From positions 1 through 47,348 of IMG/VR virus record IMGVR_UViG_3300043171_000157: DNA of 47,348 bases; one strand, 5' to 3'. The translations under genes and the position numbers were made by a program. Under the pieces are notes generated by a model, which ran no database searches, was not told the DNA's origin, and worked only from the letters and a program-made list of their open reading frames with translations. Each line of letters starts with the position of its first letter. Position 1 is the first letter of the stretch. The stretch is from a virus. Its lineage: Duplodnaviria; Caudoviricetes. Below are positions 16,167 to 24,881 of this stretch, piece after piece.

Positions 16167-17644
16167 GTGTAGGCGATATAAAGAAACATAAAAAAATACC
16201 GGAGAGGTTGCCAAAGATACCTGAGAAGGTTGGAGAGGAATTTGTAGATGTTCTAAGAGTTCAAAGCGTATCAAGTAATGAGTACTTTATGATGAAGTAT
16301 ATTCTTGATAGACTCTCTGGAAAAGGCTACTCTATTGAGATAGATGATAATGCAAATATTATTGTAACAAAAGGTAAGGCTAAAGTATTCCCTTGTGTTG
16401 TATCTCATAAAGACACTGTTCACAGTCTTGTTAAAGATTATGACGTGTACCAATGTGAAGATGAAAAAGATAAGCACGAAATATTATTTGCCATGCAAGG
16501 AATTGGCGACGATGCAATATCATCCGGTGTTGGAGGTGATGATAAATGCGGAATTTACTCATGCTTCTATATGCTTGAGAGGGCTCAAAATATTAAAGTT
16601 ATATTCTTCTCACAAGAAGAAATAGGTTGTAAAGGGTCACACGGTATTGACTTGAAACACTTTGAAAATGTTGGGTATATATTACAGCTTGACAGGTGGG
16701 GTCGTGGTGACTTCATAGATAAAGTTTACAACACTAAAACTGTTAGTCCAGAATTTAGTAGCACAATATCTGACAAGATGATTGAGTATGGTTATACTTC
16801 AACTACCGGTCTTATAACCGACTCGATCACCTTGTTCAAAAGAGATGTTGGAATAAGTTGTGTGAATATAAGTTGTGGGTACTACTCACATCACAGTAGC
16901 CTAGAGGAAATTGATTGTAATCAATTCTATAACAGTCTTATGTTCTTAGAGGACATAGTTGACAAGCTAGGAGAGAAGAAGTATGAGAAGGAAAATAAGC
17001 CCGAGCCATATAAAGCTCCGGCATATCAGAGCAAGTATTTTACAGGTAAATATTATACTCCACCGAGGAAGAAATACTTAATGGATTGTAAGCAAACCGA
17101 TGAGACGAAATGTTGGAAGTGTAAGGACTTTTACAATTGCGCTGATTACGATAAGAAATTTCCGAAAGATATAAAAAAGAATAGGTGTACCAACTTAGGC
17201 CATGTTAATTGCACGACCTGTAAAAATTGGGCATCCTGTAATACAACATATAAAGAGAAAGCCTCACAGGAGGCGGAGAGGGTAAAGGATATAACGAAAG
17301 ATACCCCTATTACTGAGATGGATAAAATAATACAAATGAATGAGTATTATAGTGATATGGAGGATGCACTAAAAGATTTTGGTGGTGATGATAGTGATGA
17401 TAATATTGATGATAGCTACGGTAGACCTAGTTGGTTGCCGGAAGATGTTGCGCTATCACTACACTGTGAGAATGTTATGTATATGGTTGAAAGGTATGGA
17501 TTTAGTAGGACTAACCTAGAGTACACATACAATAACATAGCACAGGATATTCTAGACCAAATGGAGAGTGAGTTCACATATATGTATGGCTATGGAATTA
17601 AGTCAATGGAGGCTGAAATAGAGAGGGCTTTATGTGGGGTGTAA
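16163..17644 (+). CDS. Zn-dependent peptidase (M28/M20/M42 fold) with Cys-rich C-terminal extension
   Basis: SHxDTVH, GGDDKCG, QEEIG, QLDR and GYYSHHS metal-ligand motifs. Confidence 0.88.
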   Translation: MSVGDIKKHKKIPERLPKIPEKVGEEFVDVLRVQSVSSNEYFMMKYILDRLSGKGYSIEIDDNANIIVTKGKAKVFPCVVSHKDTVHSLVKDYDVYQCEDEKDKHEILFAMQGIGDDAISSGVGGDDKCGIYSCFYMLERAQNIKVIFFSQEEIGCKGSHGIDLKHFENVGYILQLDRWGRGDFIDKVYNTKTVSPEFSSTISDKMIEYGYTSTTGLITDSITLFKRDVGISCVNISCGYYSHHSSLEEIDCNQFYNSLMFLEDIVDKLGEKKYEKENKPEPYKAPAYQSKYFTGKYYTPPRKKYLMDCKQTDETKCWKCKDFYNCADYDKKFPKDIKKNRCTNLGHVNCTTCKNWASCNTTYKEKASQEAERVKDITKDTPITEMDKIIQMNEYYSDMEDALKDFGGDDSDDNIDDSYGRPSWLPEDVALSLHCENVMYMVERYGFSRTNLEYTYNNIAQDILDQMESEFTYMYGYGIKSMEAEIERALCGV

Positions 17645-17981
17645 TATGGTAATAAAATTTTTTGAAGGACAAAGGGTTGTTGCAAAAAGAAACTATGGGG
17701 TATATGCTTGTAAGGATATAGAGGGTATTGTTTTGGATAACCCATATAGATGGGATAGAAGGATTTTTGTTAGGTTTGATACGCCGGTAAGAGGTGATCG
17801 TGTTAGAGAGACTTATATATTTAAATCATATTTAAAGCCCATAAAAAGGAATGCTAGAGCTAAAGCACCAAAACACATATGCTCATATTGTTTTAAAGAA
17901 ATACCAAGATTGACAAGTGTTAAAAGTGGCCTATGTACACCATGCAAAACTTACTTTAACAAAAAGGCGGTTAAGAAATGA
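17634..17981 (+). CDS. SH3-like plus Zn-finger protein, paralog of 13184-13807
   Basis: FFEGQRV...EGIV...VRFD; PKHICSYCFK...GLCTPC. Confidence 0.7.
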   Translation: MGCNMVIKFFEGQRVVAKRNYGVYACKDIEGIVLDNPYRWDRRIFVRFDTPVRGDRVRETYIFKSYLKPIKRNARAKAPKHICSYCFKEIPRLTSVKSGLCTPCKTYFNKKAVKK

Positions 17982-18298
17982 ATGTTGATGAATTTTCAAA
18001 AGATATACTAAACGCAATTTGTGAAGAAAGAGGAATTGATATACCTAAAACAGATGCTACAAATATAGCGGGCCTCATAGCTAAAGATGAAGAGTATGAT
18101 TTTATGAGCCTAGTGTATGAAGGTATTATGATAGATGGAAAAATAACTTATATAGTTCCTGACAAATATTTGATGGTGATACCTATTAATAAAGAACGTG
18201 GCGAGGTGGCTATGGATTTGATGGAAGAATTTGAGTGTGAGCACGTTGATTATTTTGATGGGTTCGGTGAGTATAAATTATTTTACATATGTTGGTAG
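17978..18298 (+). CDS. Acidic hypothetical protein
   Basis: ATGA-coupled ORF. Confidence 0.7.
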   Translation: MNVDEFSKDILNAICEERGIDIPKTDATNIAGLIAKDEEYDFMSLVYEGIMIDGKITYIVPDKYLMVIPINKERGEVAMDLMEEFECEHVDYFDGFGEYKLFYICW

Positions 18299-18301
18299 GT
18301 T

Positions 18302-18736
18302 ATGAAAGGTGACATGAGAGCGATATATCTTGACTTATTCGATGAGAATAAAAAGAAGATAAGAGAATCTACAAAAGAGTTTACGGTAAAAGCAGGAATG
18401 TTTGATGAATTTTTTGACACAAATGCAGAATTTATGGCATCGGCACTAATGAGCGCTAGGAGGAATCGAGCCGGCAGTATGTTTTTGGTAGAGGATGAGC
18501 CTTTACCTCCTGAACCACCTAGAGCCCCCGCTCACATTGGAACGGGCATGGATATTATGATGGATATAAGTTCTTATGAGAGACAATTACAGTCTTACGA
18601 GAGGCATATTGCTAGACAATTGGAAGAACAGAATAGACAAATGAATGCAATTAATAGGCACGATAGAGGTTATACTAGTGGAGTTAGCCATGGTAACCAA
18701 TCTAGGTGGATTACAAATATTGGGAGGCGATTTTGA
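18302..18736 (+). CDS. Hypothetical protein
   Basis: 144 aa, GGTAGGT upstream. Confidence 0.7.
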   Translation: MKGDMRAIYLDLFDENKKKIRESTKEFTVKAGMFDEFFDTNAEFMASALMSARRNRAGSMFLVEDEPLPPEPPRAPAHIGTGMDIMMDISSYERQLQSYERHIARQLEEQNRQMNAINRHDRGYTSGVSHGNQSRWITNIGRRF

Positions 18737-19047
18737 AGGGTGATGCGAGAGAATTAGAATTATTTATGCCCGAAAAGAAGAAGAGAGATCGGAGACTATA
18801 TAAGGCGGTACATGGTGCAAATTTAGCAATGAATGGCGTTCCTAGTGGTATTGAGTATGAGGAACACTATAGAAACCTAGAGGATGTTATTAATGAATTT
18901 GGGTTTGGTGACAACACAGAAGAGGATGATATTTGGCGTGAACTAGATGCTATACGGGCTTATTTCAGAAATAATAATTCATATGGAACTACTAGTTACA
19001 GATATGATATAATGTTGATATTAGATGAAAAAAGATTACCTTTCTAA
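18733..19047 (+). CDS. Hypothetical protein with N-terminus similar to the preceding gene
   Basis: TTG start after GGAGG, TTGA overlap; KGDARELELF. Confidence 0.65.
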   Translation: MKGDARELELFMPEKKKRDRRLYKAVHGANLAMNGVPSGIEYEEHYRNLEDVINEFGFGDNTEEDDIWRELDAIRAYFRNNNSYGTTSYRYDIMLILDEKRLPF

Positions 19048-19090
19048 TATATAAACTTTCGCAATAATGTAAAATTGATGAAAAAAGTTC

Positions 19091-19119
19091 TTGACAAATC
19101 GGGAAAAATAAGCTATATT
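19091..19119 (+). promoter_or_regulatory. Sigma70-type promoter of the replication operon
   Basis: TTGACA-N17-TATATT. Confidence 0.85.
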
Positions 19120-19181
19120 ATAACAGAGGTTTTTTAGAAACCTCATTATGATAATGAATTACTATTATAAAAGGGGAGACT

Positions 19182-19379
19182 ATGTCACCATTTGAAAGAG
19201 TTAGAAAATTAGCAAACTTAGCCAAGATAGATATTAAAAAAGGATCTGTTAAGATTAAATACAATTATTCAAACGATAAAATTGTTGTCGATCTTGAAAA
19301 GGCAGGAGCGTTTTCAGTTCCAAGTAAAGATGTAAGAAATCTAAGAGACGCACTTAATGTATTACTCAAGGAGGATTAA
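19182..19379 (+). CDS. Hypothetical protein
   Basis: GGGGAG SD, first gene after the promoter. Confidence 0.7.
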   Translation: MSPFERVRKLANLAKIDIKKGSVKIKYNYSNDKIVVDLEKAGAFSVPSKDVRNLRDALNVLLKED

Positions 19380-19540
19380 TGTCAAAGAACTCAGATAAAA
19401 AACCTAGTTATATAAGTCCTGAGTTACGAATAGATCTTATGAAGTATCTTATTGAGGCAGATAAAAGGGGTGACTTAGATTTAACAGAGAAAAGAAGAAG
19501 AGAAATAGCGTTGTATAGTGATATTTAATTAGGAGGAAGA

Positions 19541-19945
19541 ATGATGTTTGAGTTAATGATGTTAATATTGTTCGGTGGAATGATTTGTGGCGCACTACTA
19601 ATGCTAGTATTTCAGAAAGACTTTTGGAGACTGGTGTCTGTGTACTATAAAACATTCACCAAGGAGAATAGGCGACTCAACGAGAAGAAAATGTATTGGC
19701 AGTCCTTATGTATAGAATCTGATTGGTTTAAAGATAAGAACTTAGTACAGGATAAGCTAATTAAAATAAGCGCTAAAGCCTCTAAGTTGGCCGATAAGGA
19801 TATGGCCTTACAGATACGTGATGAAGAGATTGAGAACAACTATAAGAAGTATTCGGTGCAACTTGATGCACAGATAAAGAAACTAGAGAGTATAAAGGAG
19901 TCTATAGATATAGTTAAAGAATCGGGAGTGGATAATGAAAAATAA
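19541..19945 (+). CDS. N-terminal TM plus coiled-coil protein
   Basis: AGGAGG SD; hydrophobic N-terminus. Confidence 0.75.
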   Translation: MMFELMMLILFGGMICGALLMLVFQKDFWRLVSVYYKTFTKENRRLNEKKMYWQSLCIESDWFKDKNLVQDKLIKISAKASKLADKDMALQIRDEEIENNYKKYSVQLDAQIKKLESIKESIDIVKESGVDNEK

Positions 19946-20210
19946 AAAGACAATAATGGAGATATTTGAGTTTTTCCCAAACATAAACTGGATAACCAAA
20001 GATAGTGGTGTAGATGGATCTATTGCCTTACATGTAAATAAACCGCTAAGGTCGGCGTGTATGGAATACCTTGATGGTTCTTATCGTAGCGGATATGTGT
20101 CAGATGAAGAAAGTTGCATTATTTTAGACTCTGCTCATTTACAGACAGATTGGGGTACATTGAGAACATGGAAGCAAAGGTGTATTGGTAGAAAGGGAGT
20201 AAAGGTATGA
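19935..20210 (+). CDS. Hypothetical phage protein
   Basis: NWITKDSG...KP pattern. Confidence 0.65.
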   Translation: MKNKKTIMEIFEFFPNINWITKDSGVDGSIALHVNKPLRSACMEYLDGSYRSGYVSDEESCIILDSAHLQTDWGTLRTWKQRCIGRKGVKV

Positions 20211-20341
20211 GTAAGGATGATAATTTATTGATACGGTGTCCTGTGTGTGGCAGAGAGAACTATGCACCTAATGTAGCTACTGGTATATGTACATGGTGTA
20301 ATTACAAAAAAGGTGAAGGCGTGGGGAAGAAAAAAGGGTAA
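20207..20341 (+). CDS. 44-aa zinc-ribbon mini-protein
   Basis: RCPVCGRENYAPNVATGICTWCNY. Confidence 0.7.
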   Translation: MSKDDNLLIRCPVCGRENYAPNVATGICTWCNYKKGEGVGKKKG

Positions 20342-20344
20342 ATA

Positions 20345-20506
20345 ATGGATTATCAAAAAATAATAGATGAGGATATAAGGGATTATAAATGTGATACCCT
20401 TAGCTGTAAGACTATGGTACATTTTCCTAATTCAGTATGCCCTAACTGTTCTGAGAAAGAGAGACTTGATAACACAGAAGACTGGCAACATGAAAGGAAG
20501 TGTTAA
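20345..20506 (+). CDS. 53-aa Cys mini-protein
   Basis: KCDTLSC...VCPNC; fills the gap before the helicase. Confidence 0.6.
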   Translation: MDYQKIIDEDIRDYKCDTLSCKTMVHFPNSVCPNCSEKERLDNTEDWQHERKC

Positions 20507-20508
20507 TT

Positions 20509-21741
20509 ATGGGTAATAATTATGATAAGGAATTAGAACAAAGAATACTCTCTACCTGTGAAGGCAAGAGATCTGTATTCTCTGATCTTACTCCCGAAGA
20601 TTTTTATTACTCAAGCCACCAAGAAATATATAGAGCGTTCGTAGATGGTAACTTTGATTTAACACTAGAACAGAACAAGGCTGTTTACGGATATGATGTA
20701 GAGGATTATTTTAGGGCAATGGAATCGTCTGCCTCAGATGAAGCCCACTTAGTGCCGAACCTAATAGAGCTATCTGTAAGACGTAAAAGAAAGCAAGAAC
20801 TGATTAAAGAGATTGAGCGTGTGGACGACTTATCAATTCGCCTACCTACCGTAAGGAATCTAGGCGCTCAATTTCTATCAGGTAAAAAACTGGCAGAGGT
20901 GTGTCGGGAGAAGTGGAAGAATAAAAAGAAAATAAATCTAGGTAGGTTTGAGCATTTGAATAGAGATATATATGAGTTAAGTAGAAAACATGTATTGCTT
21001 ATAGCGGGTAGACCGGGAACCGGTAAGACAGGGTTTGCATGGCAGTTAGCACAAGAGATAGCTAGTCAACTTGGTGAAAAGTTTATATTCTTTTCTGGTG
21101 AAATGGCTGACGAGGCAATGCTGTCAAGAATGGCAAAGACAAAGTTTTATGAATGTAATCCAGAGGCAAGCGTTAAAGAATCTAATCAATGGTTCTTCTA
21201 TAATGTAAAGTATGATGAAAATTTTGCAGAAGAAATTGTAGAAGAGATGTGCCCTAATATGGAGATGTTAGATATAGCTGGTATGACAATACCAAAGATA
21301 AAGGCGTACATAAAGACCGCAAAAGAACTGTGGGGAGAGAGAGTTGGTACGATACTTATAGACTACGTTCAATTGATAACAGGAGAGGGTTCTGAGACTA
21401 AAGATAAACAAGGTTGGGTGGCTAAACAACTACAGATTATAGCTAAAGAGTTTGATGTAAGGATAATAGCGTTAACACAATTAAATAGAACAGCCGAGGG
21501 TGAGAGGCCGAGAAAAGATCAGATAAAAGAAAGCTCTGTTTGGGAGGATGTGGCTGATGAAATTTGGGCACTATACCATCATAAGGACTTACCACAAGCT
21601 ATGTGTGTTGAGTTCTTAAAGAGTAGACATAATGGCGCTACAGGTATAGGTATGCTTAAAAAAGACGGGCTGTACTTTGATAACCCGTCTGATACAGAGT
21701 TAGAGATTTGGAGAGATATTTGGAGAGGGGGAGAGAAATGA
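20509..21741 (+). CDS. dnaB: DnaB-like SF4 replicative helicase
   Basis: N-domain PEDFY...HQEIY, Walker A GRPGTGKT, FSGEM, IDYVQL, LTQLNR, KSRH. Confidence 0.92.
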   Translation: MGNNYDKELEQRILSTCEGKRSVFSDLTPEDFYYSSHQEIYRAFVDGNFDLTLEQNKAVYGYDVEDYFRAMESSASDEAHLVPNLIELSVRRKRKQELIKEIERVDDLSIRLPTVRNLGAQFLSGKKLAEVCREKWKNKKKINLGRFEHLNRDIYELSRKHVLLIAGRPGTGKTGFAWQLAQEIASQLGEKFIFFSGEMADEAMLSRMAKTKFYECNPEASVKESNQWFFYNVKYDENFAEEIVEEMCPNMEMLDIAGMTIPKIKAYIKTAKELWGERVGTILIDYVQLITGEGSETKDKQGWVAKQLQIIAKEFDVRIIALTQLNRTAEGERPRKDQIKESSVWEDVADEIWALYHHKDLPQAMCVEFLKSRHNGATGIGMLKKDGLYFDNPSDTELEIWRDIWRGGEK

Positions 21742-22193
21742 TAGTATATATATTGTGGGCATTTTTTGTTGGTGATATGGCTCCGGCTCCACACCAACTA
21801 AGTGAGTATTCGACAAGAATAGAGTGCGAGGAACAGAAAGAAATTGTTAGAAATAATGTTTCTCCATATTGGAGATATTCATGTTTAAGGAGTAAAAAAT
21901 GACTAAGCATACTATTGTTAAATTTATTAGAAATAGTCCTGAAATGGATTTCCACTTTATTATGGATGTGGTTGTTCACCTATACGGAAAGAGCAGGATT
22001 AAAAGCCACATGGATAAATTAACATGAGGCTATATCCAAGACTTGTGAGTAAATATGGGGACACTATAGTAGAATATAATATATCTAAAATAGTTCCGAT
22101 ATGGCCAGTAGAAGACCTAAGACCTGTACGTAAAAAGCACGGGCTATGGAATAAATTTAAGGCGTGGTTTTTTATGAATTACGAAGAAAGTAC

Positions 22194-22222
22194 TTGACTT
22201 TTGAGTCAAGATTAGTTATATT
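22194..22222 (+). promoter_or_regulatory. Sigma70-type promoter
   Basis: TTGACT-N17-TATATT. Confidence 0.85.
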
Positions 22223-22241
22223 ATATTTAGGATGGTAAAGA

Positions 22242-23072
22242 ATGAAAATAGAAAAAGATAAGTTTATTAAACTCCCAGATGAAATTTATTTTGCACAGGA
22301 AGATTGTGCATCATCGTCTGTGTTAAAGACACTATATAGAAAGTCGGCAAAGCACTTACTAGGCAAGAAGAAGGAAACAAAGCCAATGGAATTTGGTAAA
22401 GGGTTTCACCATCTTCTGCTTGAGTGTGATACATTTTTTGAGAATTATGCGATTATACCAGATTTCCAACCTTCTGATGGTGGAAAAAAGAGTGTACGTT
22501 TTACCGCTACAAATGATTATAAAGACCAGAAGAAAGAATGGGAGAAAGAAATAGCTCACAAAATACCGGTGAAGCCGGAAGATTATGAGCGAATGCAATT
22601 AATGAAGGAAGCCGTTTATAGTACCGACTTCGGGAAAGATTTACTGAGTGGGGGGCATTCTGAAATGGCTCTATTCACAAAAATGGATGGGGTGGATTGC
22701 AAGATCAAGGTTGACTACGTTAAAGAGTTTGAAGATAAGATAGTGGCTATAGACGTTAAGACCTGTGAGGATGCGTCAGAGCAAGCTGTAAGAAAAGCGG
22801 TGTATTGGGGTAATGGATGTATTGGCGATTATAATATACAATCTTCATTCTATCCAGATGTAATTACAAATGCCACAGGTAAACCTGTTGTGTGGATATG
22901 GATGTTTATCGAGAAGGGTGAAGATCCACAGGCTTGTTGGTATGAGCAGACACAAGAGGCATATGAGAATGGTGTGGAGAAGTATAAAAAAGCACTGGCA
23001 ACATTTCAGAAGGTTAAGTTTACTGGATGCTATACTGGATATGATGCGAGTGAACAGATAATTAAAATATAG
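22242..23072 (+). CDS. RecE/exonuclease VIII-like PD-(D/E)xK nuclease
   Basis: SSSVLK, FGKGFH.LLLE, CKIKVD, IDVKT, YNIQ..FY, FIEK. Confidence 0.9.
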   Translation: MKIEKDKFIKLPDEIYFAQEDCASSSVLKTLYRKSAKHLLGKKKETKPMEFGKGFHHLLLECDTFFENYAIIPDFQPSDGGKKSVRFTATNDYKDQKKEWEKEIAHKIPVKPEDYERMQLMKEAVYSTDFGKDLLSGGHSEMALFTKMDGVDCKIKVDYVKEFEDKIVAIDVKTCEDASEQAVRKAVYWGNGCIGDYNIQSSFYPDVITNATGKPVVWIWMFIEKGEDPQACWYEQTQEAYENGVEKYKKALATFQKVKFTGCYTGYDASEQIIKI

Positions 23073-23081
23073 GAGGGTGAC

Positions 23082-23279
23082 GTGTTAGGAAATATATATA
23101 TTATTATTTTAGGCCTTGCTGTTTGTTGTTTATTATTTACGGATTGCAAATTAGTTGAGCCAGTAGAGATTACATATGAATGCAGAGAGGCTTATAACCT
23201 TGACACGAAAGAGAGTGTTAAGTATTGTTTAATTTACAAAGATGGTGTTTTAGTGGGAGATACAATATATGTGCGATAA
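23082..23279 (+). CDS. Small membrane or lipoprotein-like protein
   Basis: GGAGG SD, GTG start, hydrophobic N-terminus ending in Cys. Confidence 0.55.
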   Translation: MLGNIYIIILGLAVCCLLFTDCKLVEPVEITYECREAYNLDTKESVKYCLIYKDGVLVGDTIYVR

Positions 23280-23400
23280 AGATCCATATCTAAAAGAGCG
23301 AGAGATATATGTTCTTTCTCAGGAAGAGAAGGATGATCTTGAGGCTGAGGAAATAGCACAGGAGATATATGAGAGAAGCGTTTTTATGGAGGAAGAATAA

Positions 23401-24099
23401 ATGGATAAACCAAAGTTAATATGTAGTGATTTACATGCACCATTTCACAAAGAAAACGCAATAGAGTTTATGGCTGAAACACAGGAGGCGTACGGTTGTG
23501 ACGATGAAATAATTTGCGCTGGAGACATAGCGGACTTCCATTCCGCATCAAGATTTGTTAGTGAGTTGTGGGCAATGAGTCCAGAACAAGAGTATGAGAA
23601 GTTCCTAGAGTTTATGGAAACTTTTGTTAGTTATTTTCCAAAGGGCACACTGGTTCTTGGTAATCACGACATGATACCGCAGAGACAAATGAAGGAGATT
23701 GGCCTACCAACATCGTTACTTAGAACACCAAATGAATTGTACGGCCTTCCAGATACATGGAAAATAGAGCCATTATTTCATGTTGTTGAGTTTGATGGAT
23801 ATGACAGGGGTGTTCTTGTTGAACATGGAAACAAATCTGGTGGTATGTATGGCTGTATAAATACGGCAGTTAGAAAAAGAACCTCGTTCGCACAAGGCCA
23901 CACACACGCTTATGCCGGAGTGATGTATAGATCTAATTTTAAAGATACTATATTTGGATTAAACACCGGTTGTTTGTGTGATGAATCGTCTCTCGCTATG
24001 AAGTATGCCGAATACAATAGAGACAAAGGGGTTCCCGGCTGTGGGGTTATGTATAGCCCAGAGCATGCAATATTTGAAATGATGCCAAAGGGTGTATAA
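23401..24099 (+). CDS. Calcineurin-like metallophosphoesterase
   Basis: SDLH, GDIAD, GNHD, HG and GHTH motifs. Confidence 0.92.
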   Translation: MDKPKLICSDLHAPFHKENAIEFMAETQEAYGCDDEIICAGDIADFHSASRFVSELWAMSPEQEYEKFLEFMETFVSYFPKGTLVLGNHDMIPQRQMKEIGLPTSLLRTPNELYGLPDTWKIEPLFHVVEFDGYDRGVLVEHGNKSGGMYGCINTAVRKRTSFAQGHTHAYAGVMYRSNFKDTIFGLNTGCLCDESSLAMKYAEYNRDKGVPGCGVMYSPEHAIFEMMPKGV

Positions 24100-24290
24100 T
24101 GGAAAGTAAGGAACCAGAAAGGAAAGCCGTATGGTGTGGAGACGAAGACGCACTCAAGGAATATTTAGATGAAATTGAAGACGATAGGATAAATAGAATT
24201 TGGAACAGCGGGAGGAAAGAGTGGATAGAGAAACAGAAAAAGACATAGCGGATTTCCAAGCGTTTGCTAAATTAGAGGATAATTTAATGG

Positions 24291-24503
24291 TTGGATTTGT
24301 ACAAGGATTATTTAACAACGGGGGTCACTTCATTGAAAAAGAAAAAGACAAGCCGGAAGGTGAGAAAGGCGGGGGTTAAACTAGGGAACCAACTGGCAAT
24401 GCTATATGCTTGCTCAGGTTATCTTAAAGAGGAACACGTTAAAAACCTAATAGCTAACGCAGATAAATATTTTCAAACAACACAAGTTGAGAAAAAGGAT
24501 TGA
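24291..24503 (+). CDS. Hypothetical protein
   Basis: 70-aa ORF with a weak start. Confidence 0.45.
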   Translation: MDLYKDYLTTGVTSLKKKKTSRKVRKAGVKLGNQLAMLYACSGYLKEEHVKNLIANADKYFQTTQVEKKD

Positions 24504-24504
24504 C

Positions 24505-24684
24505 ATGCCATATGTTTCAATTAAAGGAGTAGTTAGTAATTCAGACAGTTTATACGGGTGTTGCCCAGAATGTAATTGCTATGTAGAGAATAATTATAGG
24601 GTGTGTCCATCGTGTAAATCAATATTAACTTTCCAAAGTTTTGAAAGTTATAAAAATTCTAAAGTTGAGAAAAAAAGTACTTGA
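24505..24684 (+). CDS. Zinc-ribbon mini-protein
   Basis: CPECN...VCPSC. Confidence 0.65.
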   Translation: MPYVSIKGVVSNSDSLYGCCPECNCYVENNYRVCPSCKSILTFQSFESYKNSKVEKKST

Positions 24685-24709
24685 CTTTTATAGTGAAATA
24701 GGTTATATT
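24681..24709 (+). promoter_or_regulatory. Sigma70-type promoter
   Basis: TTGACT-N17-TATATT. Confidence 0.85.
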
Positions 24710-24717
24710 ATATAGGA

Positions 24718-24791
24718 TGATGAGTAGCTCAATTGGTTAGAGCTCCGGTCTGATAAAGCGGAGGTTGTAGGTTCAAGTCCTGCCTCATCAA
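24718..24791 (+). tRNA. tRNA-Ile(GAT)
   Basis: TGATGAG/CTCATCA acceptor, CTGATAA loop, GGTTCAAGTCC; one G.G mismatch in the anticodon stem. Confidence 0.85.
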
Positions 24792-24795
24792 TTAA

Positions 24796-24866
24796 TATCT
24801 GATAGCTCAAGATAGAGTCCACGACCGTGATGTGGAGGATGTGGGTATCGAATCCCACTCAGATAT
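24796..24866 (+). tRNA. Atypical tRNA-like RNA (anticodon ambiguous, CGT in a 7-nt loop)
   Basis: Perfect acceptor TATCTGA/TCAGATA, short D loop, CCACG-ACCGTGA-TGTGG, 8-nt T loop. Confidence 0.55.
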
Positions 24867-24881
24867 ATTTTAGGAGGAAAG

